NCBI GenBank assembly: GCA_040954595.2
Contig: CM082591.2
Coordinates: forward strand, 3,152,259-3,216,258
Direction: 5' to 3'
Length of the DNA stretch: 64,000 nucleotides
From: Balanoglossus misakiensis
Lineage: Eukaryota; Animalia; Hemichordata
Part shown: piece by piece, positions 54,401 through 64,000 of the stretch
Layout of the letters: the number at the start of each line of letters is the position of its first letter
Numbering within the stretch: position 1 is the stretch's first letter
Made by a program: the position numbers and the translations under genes
Notes under the pieces: model-generated
Seen by the model: only the letters and a program-made list of their open reading frames with translations
What the model was told of the DNA's origin: nothing
Database searches by the model: none

Positions 54401-57201
54401 TTGTATCTCAACCTGGGATGCGACCCCACCCCTCCTTAGCTTGTAAAGAAAACAAAGCTTTATCATGGCGTTGTTTTTAAAAATGATGTCCTGCTGGTCT
54501 ATTCAGCATTTGCATGACTGTAAACTGCATTGTGATATCATTTCTCAATCGCCTTGATTTTATAAATTACGAGCGTTATTTCCTAGTTTTCTCCTGTATT
54601 ACCCATAAGAGTGTCTTCGCTTGGAGAAATCTCGGGAACGTGGTATTTTGAAATGTTGCGGAACAAACAAGGATACACATTTGTGGGTAGCACAATAAGT
54701 AACGTCTGCCCTCTAGCGGACATATCTATACATTGTACCTGAGCATGTGACGGTGACTGTGGCCTGCTGGGAAACGGAGTTTCCGGAAGGATCTGTAGCC
54801 GTGCACTCGATGGTGTGGTCTCCGCATTGTAGGCTGGTCCCGGACGACGGGGTGCAGGACACTGTTGCTGAACAGTCATCCGTCGCCGACGGGAGTGAGT
54901 ACGAGTAAACGGCCGGTCCGCACACGCCGCCGTCGATGTCTTCATCATTCAAGGGGGCGTCGAAGCTTGGAGAGGTCACATCTGCGAGTGGAACACACGA
55001 CATACACAAGCGCCATGTTTGGAGATTGTTATGACATCAACAATTTGGTGAGTTACATATTGGACTGTACCGACACTAATTACAAACTCGGATTCCATTA
55101 CAGTGTTATCTTCCCCACAAAACGATGATGTTGCATGATGTAAACACGGAAGCCGAATACGGTGGAGTCTGGGGGGGGGGGGGTGTATATACTGCAACGT
55201 TAGCGAGAGGACAGTATCAAAATTATTAACAGTATCTGTCATTGTAACCGTCATTTACCTTGCTGCACTATAACCTGGAAAGTGCACTCATCTGTGTTTC
55301 CTGCGGCATCGCTGGCGACACACGTCACGGAATGGGGTGAACCAGCCACGGAAAATGACGTTGTATAATCATCCGGCGTACACTCAATACTGACGACGCC
55401 AATGTTGTCGCTGGCGGTGACGTCGTACATGACACTTTCCATTCCGTTACCGTCGCAGTCTGTGACTGCTTCTGGGGCATTGCAACTTATGACAGGATTT
55501 TCAAGATCTGCAGGCAGAAAAGGGGGGTGTATAATTTGACAGTATCCACAAAGCTTTTATGGAATATAGTCATAGAGTTTTTGATCTTCATGTGCAAACT
55601 GTACGTGTACTGTTCCAAGCCTAGTATTGCTAATTGCTAATATCTCCTTACATGTTGCCCATTCAGAGAAGGTATTTGCTAACGCGAAATTGCTGTTTAA
55701 TTTAAAGTACAATTCGTAGCAGAGGGGCAGATCATAACAGTTGAGCAAAGCTGAGGTCAACAAAAGAATCAGTACACAACAAACGTTGAGGGCGCACCTG
55801 CGCAATCGCCGTTAACATCTCTGCCGTAGTTGGGCTCGCAGTAACATCCCCATTCGCCATCACGTGGCTCACAAACTTCATAGTCACCGATGCAGGTCAC
55901 TCCAGTGCAAACAAGGTCATCAAAGCCCACGCATGAGCAGTTCTGTGTGCAGTCCTGCGTTATCCACTGGTCGTTCAACTAGAAAACAAATTGATCCATC
56001 GACTAAGAAATCTATAACTCATCCAATGTATCAGACAGTATTGGTACAGATGCCCTGTGGACGATAACCAGTCGGTCATATTTCTCACATAAAGCATATG
56101 GTTGAGCATGTTGGAATATGTCATAGAAATGGATGGGAATCATGAATGAGACAACATTGTTCTTATTAATAGCCCCATTGCCAAGGACAGGTTACCATTA
56201 TCTGGACTTTGGCGGACAAGTCAGCAGATTATATTGAAGTAAAGACAACAATTCTATGATGCATTAACAAAAAAAAAACATTTCATGTCTTTGATACATG
56301 AACTGACCAGTAAGGTAATGAATTTCTCTGGAAAATCCTCTGTCTCGGATATACTCGAGATTTCTACTTACGGGGTGAAATTCCCCATCTTGGGTGAGGC
56401 AACCACAGTCCGCCTCCGGCACGCACTGGGTGTCGCTCCAAACGTAGTCACTGTCGCATTCACACCCTTCGACGCATGCTTGCTCCTCACAGCCGCCCCG
56501 GTAGATACACGTGGCCGGACATGCAGACATACATGGCGAAAAGTGAGAGTTTGCTGGACAGGGTAGTGCTGATTTAGGTAATGAACGAAAATGACAAATT
56601 CGTTAGGTTTGAAATTATTTGCTATATTGGAACGTATTCTTACGTATTTCCGTATTGATTTCGTATTGAACCGACACGCTATAGAATTTACTGCAATGAA
56701 TGAAAAAAAAAAAACAGTAGCCAAAGTGTAATGATCAGTAATTATAAAATATGACACAGTTAATAAACTTTCAGTGTTTTTTCCAACTTTGTACATGTAC
56801 TTTGGAAGTTTGAACGAGTCACTTTGAAATTTGAAATGCAGTACTCACGACAGAATTCAGTTGATCTGAAAGTACTGAGCGAGACGCCATTCTGGATACA
56901 GGCATCGTAATAGGCAGCCAGTTCGTCACAGAGAAGTTCCGGTCCAACGAAGCAGAGGTCATAGACACATGCTTCAAAATACGCTAACGGGTTGACCACG
57001 GCATGGCAGGGCGCGAAAACTCCGCTCGTGTTTGTTATTCTGTCGCAGAATCCGTTTGTTGAATATTGATCGTTTAGGTTCTGGGGGCAGTCTGGCTGTT
57101 CGACTGCGTCGGGACATTCTTCGGCGATGCTGTCAATAAATGTAAATCATATGATAAAAAGAAATACATACATACATATACATGAACACACACGCTCACA
57201 T

Positions 57202-57233
<32 letters not shown>

Positions 57234-60008
57234 CATACATACATACATACATACATACATACATACATACATACATACATACATACATACATACATACAA
57301 TTTTTCGTGACTCAAGGCTTACCTTTCGTCTGTTTTCCAACTGTTTCCGAATTCCAGGTTACTCGACGCGAGAGTGCCGTCGCGGGTTGTGAGGTCGTCT
57401 GTTTGATCTCCGTCGCAGTCGCCGCACATCCCGGCCACGTCCGCCCCGATGTTGTCGTGAACGCCATACAGGGAAGAGCTCGTCCTATCGCCCTCTATGG
57501 CAGAGAAGGCCACCCAGAAAAGTTCCGGATAGACCAGAAGGACGAACTTGCCGGATATGATTATTGTCATCGGCGACAGAGCTGTATAGGGCAAGTTGAC
57601 AAACGCGCCGTCGACCTGAAATGAGATTAATAATATCCATGAAAGCAACATCACCAACCAAGCTTCAACAAACTAAGTGGCCCTGCTTCAAACCCGAGAC
57701 GACCCCTCAACTCTACAAGCAGAAAATCGTCCACCTTCAGGTAATTAACTTTTGTTCTTATGGCACTCATCTTTAGAATATCCTTCCTTGTAATCAAGTC
57801 AAATGTAAGGGACAGTACACGAAAGTTTTCTTCTTAAACCATCTGCGCAGAAGTGCATTTTAATATCATTAGATCTTTGTCACCCCAGCAGATAATATTA
57901 CATGTACCTTAGACACTACACACAAAACACACACGTACCGTTGCCTTTTTGTCTGGCAGCAGTTCGATCACGTGACCGTCAACACGGATTGTTACAAAGT
58001 CGACTAAGGTGACCGGGACGCCTGGATAAGGTGGGCGATTGCTGGCCTCGATGACGAATGGGTTGACGTCAGCGTCGTGGTAGACCATGTAATAACTGCA
58101 GTTGCCTTGGAAATCATAGTGGGTCTGGTCAAACATGGTGAAGTGTGGGTCTCCCCAAGCTGCGCACACGCAGTCTGTAACCAAAATCATTTTATCACTG
58201 TAAGTTGACATATTTCTGACAAGTTTATCGCAAGTGGTTGGTATGGTTCGCTAAGTTGGTTTGTCTTTTCTTGTCGCAAACCTATTCTGCCTTCATATTA
58301 TATGTCACAAAACATTTGCCAGACTGAACATGGTGTAGCTAAGAGGGGTGACTTACCTCCGAATCCGGAGGTTCCAGGTGGTGGGTCTGTTCGGCTGACC
58401 AGATCCTCTGAAAAGGAACACAGCAAAGTTTAAACCTGCGAGGACTGTGCGCCATACACAACTGTGTTGGAAGGGATTAAATGTTTCAGGTCGTCTCGTA
58501 GTCCAGAATATTAGTATGACTAGAATGGGGTTCATACAGGGACCATTAAGATGTTTCTTAAACGTCTCAGGTCAAACTCTGGTATACATTGTTATGTGTG
58601 AACGGTTGGTGGCCCTGAAACTCCAGGGTCTATGTGTGAACCTGGTATTAGATCACGGTAATTGTTAAAGATATGGATTTCAGACAAAACGGAACTGCAT
58701 CTTGCACTTTATGTTAAATTAATTTGCATGTTGCCGAAAAAATTACATCACAACTCACCTCCCTTGCAGATAAAACGGTGGGCGTCGTCGCAAAGTGCGT
58801 TGTCACTAAGTTTATATCCAACTTTATATCGCAGAAATGCACAGTTCTGATTGGATTCTTGCTGTGGCCGTCCGGTCGACCACAGCCAACCATCCGGCGA
58901 TGGCCACGCCTCGCCGCTGTCCCACTCCCAAGCTGACGTCTCCGTCGGCCTGCTGGCGCCAACCCAATAGTTTCTGTCGGAACCTGGAAAGTCATTCAGT
59001 AGGGTGTTCCGAATGACGGTGAACTCGTCCTCGGTGAGGATGCTGGCCAGTTTGAAATCGCCATCCAGATCCCTGCAGGCTTGGGCGGCATCGTCGAATG
59101 TGTTGAAAGACTCGACGATGATATAACACTTGTTGTCGTATACGAAATCACAGTTTACAGCGCCTGGAATATGAAAGTAACAGAAAGCAATCTATTACGT
59201 TTTGCAATGGTGTCGTCTACACTGCGCTTTCTTAAAGGGGAGGGTCGTCTAAACTGCGCATGTGCGACTTTCGCATTGGCATTTTCCCACTGTTTAGGAA
59301 AACTTGCTGGCAGCATTGTCGTATGGAACCCATAAGCACGGTCTTACTCTCCTTTTAAGTACGTAGTGGTTTGTCTGTTTTTTACTTGGGTGAACTGGTT
59401 GTGCCTTGTCCCTATACAAGGATTGGCACATTGCTGCTCTGGTAACCAATTCGTATGCAGACTTAGGTTTATAACGTCTCACGTGGACAATGTATGACGT
59501 CACATTCATTGGTCTTTTACGTGTACTTACGTCGTCGTCTGGAGTGGATCTCGCCCGGTTCTTCTGCCTCACCATACACAACATTTCGTATGTAGTTGCG
59601 GATTCCTGCAACAACCTGTTAACAAGGACGTGCACTCGATTACATGTTGGACCTGGTTGTCTGGACACCGTCCTCCATAGGGTTGCATTGACGGTTCATA
59701 ACTCGTTTAATTTGCTGCCCACTGTCGCCAAAAACTATTCAGTTCTTGCCATTTGCAAATAGACATAGGTGAATAAAATCGACTGTGCATTGAACTCCCA
59801 GGCAAATTAATCTATAAACGTCCAGGCCAAAAATAAAGTACACAATTTCTTCAGATTCGGTGTATGAAGTTACTATTAAAAAGAAGCGGTACATACATAC
59901 CTCATGTGATCGTTTGGCAAACGACCAACCGTCCGCGCTGACGAACGGTATCGCCAACAAAATGACAAGAACAAAGACATAAGTCTTTGCCCCTGACATG
60001 TTCAACAT
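32624..60008 (-). CDS. Giant secreted hyalin-like / zonadhesin-like mosaic protein: SP-CTL-VWD-C8-TIL-TILa-(HYR)24-TIL-TILa-(HYR)20-CTL
   Basis: Signal exon 60008-59901; propeptide exon 59615-59531 (VVAGIRNY...HSRRR); CTL 59163-58759; linker ~58408-58358; VWD ~58175-57939 and ~57616-57323; C8 ~57130-56849; TIL ~56570-56371; TILa ~55979-55798; 24 HYR exons in 55508-43347; TIL/TILa ~43100-42494; 20 HYR exons in 42023-33805; CTL ~33432-33113 and ~32705-32624 (ends AFICEKP*). The junctions I checked have compatible phases. No TM or GPI tail seen. Confidence 0.85.
34730..40560 (-). repeat. Tandem array of ~388-bp units (79-codon HYR exon plus ~150-bp intron)
   Basis: Near-identical exons with low-coordinate ends at approx. 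35563, 35951, 36339, 36729, 37118, 37510, 37900, 38284, 38673, 39052 and 39440. Related A-type copies at 34730 and 40266, B-type copies at 35168 and 39878. Introns are also alignable. Confidence 0.95.
43347..55508 (-). other. Block of 24 diverged, Cys-rich HYR exons, one domain per exon
   Basis: Each ~240-nt exon reads D..PP.I.C...V.Y..P.ATD.C....V.C.P.SG..F.CG...V.C.ATD..GN...C.F.V.V.C; introns are unrelated to one another. Confidence 0.9.
44776..44984. repeat. (TATG)n + (TG)n microsatellite, intronic
   Basis: Long perfect tetranucleotide run; source of the MYVC/HTYI ORFs. Confidence 0.97.
55798..58175 (-). other. VWD-C8-TIL-TILa module with GDPH motif (part of giant HYR gene)
   Basis: [28 protein letters not shown]; [14 protein letters not shown]...EFGNSW; [23 protein letters not shown]; CMSACPATC...CVEGCECD...CVPEADCGC; [12 protein letters not shown]. 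Confidence 0.9.
57204..57298. repeat. (TACA)n microsatellite, intronic
   Basis: Perfect tetranucleotide run. Confidence 0.97.
58759..59163 (-). other. N-terminal C-type lectin domain exon (absent from the ORF track)
   Basis: Manual translation: [32 protein letters not shown]...KLASI...NYWVGASR...WEWDSGE...[17 protein letters not shown]...[17 protein letters not shown]. Confidence 0.88.
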
Positions 60009-61609
60009 CTGAAAGCGAAATCAAAAATGCTGTAAATGAACAGATCTTCGCGGCAAACAGAGAACCATTAGTGATGAAATTCAGATTAGAATATATCACA
60101 AAAATGAACACTCACTACCTTAAAAAGTTGATATTGTAGTGTTCGTTTTTGCCGATTCGTCTTTTTACGCTTATTTGGTATTCAAATTTTTTCAATGGAT
60201 ATTCGTCCGCGGTGCTTCGGTTCTGTTGACAGATGTTCAATGAAAATTAATGTGGCTTTATCATATTGCTTTGTTTATGCAGATGGTTTTGTTTTGAAAG
60301 CTCATTACATTAGCTTAATGAATACCAGTGTGGTGCACGCATCCTTTGCATGCGATGTGGCCGCAGTGACGTGCGCGAAAACGTCACGTGATTTCTGCAT
60401 CCCTGCTATATTAGCATGTTTCAGACGTCGAAATTTTCGACAAATGTAATTCTGTAGAAAATATCTTTAGTAGGTCTATTGGTTTTGTCGTTCAAACACC
60501 TATTGGGCGATCTCTCTTGCAAACCCATCAGATCAGAAACCAGCCATGGTCACTTTGTACACATTTGCCGATGATGGCCTTCGCTGTGTTTCAGACTTCC
60601 AGAAGTTGGTGTGGGCAGAAGACTCCGTCATTTAATGCATTCTAGGTTCGACTGAACTTTTCCCCCCACGTTCGTAGAAAATCGTCACACTACAAACATA
60701 AGTGAATGCCACAGCAGACTTGAATTCTTCAAAGGAATAGGCGAATATAAAGGAAAGGGTCATTATCGTTGTTGTTTACGTCGTCGCTACTGTCAGCATG
60801 TATTTTATTCAACATTTCTAGATCGGTGAGTGTTGTTCACCAATGAACACCAATGAGGGTTGTTGGTCATATTGATTAGATCATAATGTAAAGTGGTGTA
60901 TCCATCTTTCATATTGAGAGAGAGAGAGGGGGGGAGAGGGGAAGAGAGAGATACAGACAGAGACAGATTCAGTCATCTTTGTAATCAATTTCCACCCAGC
61001 ATGCAATGCAAGGCATGCATATTCATGAGCTGATTAGTATGTTCGGAAATGTTTAGCATAGGAGTCTGTCCCCCGTGATTTGACCCCCTAGCCTACAGTG
61101 AAAAGTCGACGCATTAGAAAAGAACACACAGTACACAGAGCGATCGATGCACCGAAAGATATTTTAATTCAAAATTCGGTTTAAGAAAAAAAATGGTCAA
61201 AGAAAGTCTTGCCAAGTACGAACGAACAACATGCAGTTCTAGTATGTTTTTTCTTCTTCTGAAATACTGGTCTTCATCGCTTGAAAGACAATAAACGCCC
61301 TCACCGTTTGTAATCGTGAAACTAAAACTACACATCATTTCAGTTGAAATTTGTCGTTCTCACCCTACATTAAAACACAACCAAGATACATGATACATAT
61401 ATTCTGAAAAAAATGATGTGATATTTGTATTACATATATACTATTTTTAATGAAGAAAATCTTATTGTCCGTTCGAGAGTTGTTTCCTTGTCCGAAAAGT
61501 TGATTTCTACCGCAGCCCTGAGGTTAAGATTCATGCGGCAGTCGATAGTCTTCAGTGTGGATATGTGATTCAGCAACCGTGTCCCAATCGTATAACTAAT
61601 TTGAAGATC

Positions 61610-64000
61610 CTATAGTATACTGTGAAAGAAACAAATGTAGAGTATTTAGATACAGGGATACCATTACCCGTTAAATGGAGATTTTAAAAGGGAGTGCGCC
61701 ACCACGTGGTCTGGTGACAATCGTCAGAAAGGGAAACGTTACCGGAGCTAGGGCTATGTCGATGACTAAGTCTGCTTAAAGGGCGACGATCGTCAAATCA
61801 GATGTGCCAAATCAGAGACTCTGGTTAAAATCAGATGTAGAGATACATCTTACGTGCTTGTTAGCTTATCGGTCTGTCTGTTAGTCAGTCTACCTGCCTT
61901 TCTGTCGAGTTGTTTCTTTTGTCATAACACCAACTGCCAGAGTTGAAGTCCCCTCTCATTTGTTTAAATTCGCTGTAACAATTTCTTGTAGTTGACACTA
62001 CACTTGCAACTTTTCAATTCTTCAGCTTACCCTTGGCAAATGTATCCTTTCTTATCGGTGCAATCCTCTGATGTCCACAGGGCACTTAATGGTGACCTAT
62101 ATCATTTATTGTAGTGTATGGACGAGACAGGAACACAAAAGAATGTTGTTAAAAGTATACATACATTGATACAACATCGGCGCATTGAAAGGATTTGAAA
62201 TATGTGTATGTTTTGCATTGTTGGTCATCCTGGATATTTTCAACATAGTGATATTTAACTATTCATGTGTGGAAATGGACGTCTTTGTTATGGACCTCTG
62301 AACCACGAAATTAGGCTTGCATTGTCACGGCTTTATAGGGCAGGTATGTGTACTTCCGCAATTACCCCTCCAAAACCCCTCCAATTCTATCCCACAACGC
62401 ACCTTGTTTCCAAGATGGCGGTTAAGACAAACCTGCCCTATAAGATATGTGCGCAGTTCTCACCTTAACTGTGCACATTCTTGCCCAGCGTCATCCTTCT
62501 CTGATGGGTCGAGCCAGTTCTCGTAGCAATTGCACGCACAAAGCGGCGATTCATCGACGTACACCCAGTCACTGCCGCCGAGTTTTGACGCCCCAAACCA
62601 GAACGCGCTGTCTGTCAGCCCTTTGTCTTGGATCACTTGGATGAGGCCGTCATTAACTGCGGCCGAGGGCACTTTGGACAACTCCTTGCCGTCCGCTGCA
62701 CATGCTGTCTTGGCGCCAGCGTACGTCTCTGTTCCAGTGTGTACCGAATACCTCTTGCATATTTTAAGTACGCCCGGAACTGAAAGTGAATTCAGATGTG
62801 GTGTGGTAACCAGTCTTGTTGTGAGTGGTAACAGGAAACCGAATGACACTTACTATATACTTACCTATCGTGACTTGGAATGAGCATGTTGCCTGGTTTC
62901 CAGCTTCGTCTATAGCTGTGTATGTCACCTGTATGTCACCGATAAAGAAGGTATCACCCGGTTGATGGGTGCTTGCCAGTATTGGTGGTACCCCCGAGTC
63001 GTCTGTTGCCGTTGGTGCGGTCCACTGCACGCTCTCCCCGGCCGGGAGTTGATCGGACAGCGTGATGTCTGCTGGGCAGCCTGTGATGACTGGTGGCGTT
63101 GTGTCCAGCACTGAAAGGACAGGTAGTGAAAAGACAAAGTTGATGGCAAAGATAACAGACTTGGGACATGAATTCAGTTTCCAAACTGTTTAGATGTCCA
63201 CATATGGTGCTGTAAACATTTGTGAAGACAATTGCAGATGTGGCACACGTGAATGATGACAAGACCACAGGAAAACTGGTGTGACAAGCTGAAAATTATT
63301 CACTACAATATTCTCAGGGAAACGAACGAGACACTATAACAGATATGTGAAAGACAACACTGAAAACGTTACTTTTCCTGTCAGATATGCAAACACTCTT
63401 CTGCAGTGTATCATCTTCTGCGTATTGGCAGGAATCGCTACAAGTCACATACCTACAGTAACTGTGAATGAACACGTTGCTACGTTGCCAGCATCGTCGG
63501 AGGCCGTGTAAACAACAACCGTGGCGCCGGCGAAGAATGTCGCCCCAGGTTGGTGCGTAGTCGTCAAATACACACTTCCCGAGTTGTCAGTGGCTTCCGG
63601 CGCCGTCCATGAGATCGCCTCACCATCATTCCCACTGTCAATCACCGAAATGTCCGCCGGACAGTTCGTGATAACTGGTGGGTCGGTGTCATCAGCTGAG
63701 AAAAATGTGCGAACATTAACTTAGTCTCTGATGTAAAGTTGCATGTGGCAGTATGATTCTGTGATTTTCAATAACCATGTAAGTGATTGGGTGGCCTATA
63801 TGCCTACTGTAAATTACCTTTGTGGCCAAGATGGTGTCCATTGAGATTGTGTCTCACGCATGTGTATTTAACGCCACCATAATGTGGAGGTATCTAAACT
63901 GACTGACTGATGGAAATGTATACACATGTATAAAACATTTACTTACGAAGGCAAGTGACTGTCACACTGAACGAACATGATGCTGCACCGCCACTTTGAT
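61610..64000 (-). CDS. Second HYR-repeat + C-type lectin gene (3' part; continues beyond window)
   Basis: Partial HYR exon from ~63947; HYR exons ~63696-63451 and ~63110-62865; CTL exon ~62779-62464 (CKRYSVH...YAGAKTAC...AFWFGA...NW...ECAQLR); exon ~62096-62031 (SPLSALWTSEDCTDKKGYICQG). Probable terminal micro-exon 61619-61610 (IL*), which is less certain. Confidence 0.8.

Noticed and set aside
59232-59292. TTAAAGG-starting segments (also ~48644 and ~61777) as Kolobok-like elements
   Set aside because: I could not find matching opposite termini, so element boundaries are unsupported.
59294-59762. ORFs 59294..59668 (-) and 59490..59762 (+) as separate genes
   Set aside because: The real exon is 59615-59531 in another frame, linking the signal exon to the lectin exon.
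60009-62030. Right-edge HYR/CTL exons as the 5' part of the giant gene
   Set aside because: They end in a complete CTL with a plausible stop at 61610, and the giant gene has its own signal peptide; read-through fusion is not excluded without cDNA.

Overview
Intron-rich animal genomic DNA; an invertebrate deuterostome (ambulacrarian-like) origin is my inference. I see no prokaryotic features, rRNA, tRNA or CRISPR. The left half is a compact run of seven genes: the 3' part of an ABTB2/BTBD11-like ankyrin-BTB gene (+), a membrane-anchored SDR (+), a ferritin with a 5' iron-responsive element (+), a divergent forkhead gene (-), PHRF1 (+), TOP3B (-) and CCDC59/TAP26 (+). The right half is a single ~27-kb minus-strand gene of about 57 coding exons by my count. 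It encodes a secreted protein of roughly 4,400 aa: signal peptide, furin-type RRRR site, C-type lectin, GDPH-VWD/C8/TIL/TILa, 24 HYR, TIL/TILa, 20 HYR, C-type lectin. It contains a young ~388-bp exon+intron tandem array. A paralogous HYR+lectin gene begins at the right edge. The best leads are this two-headed lectin rod with its modular exon array, and an IRE-controlled ferritin whose ferroxidase and iron-entry residues are replaced. Exon boundaries were read by eye and family calls are from motif recognition; no searches were run.
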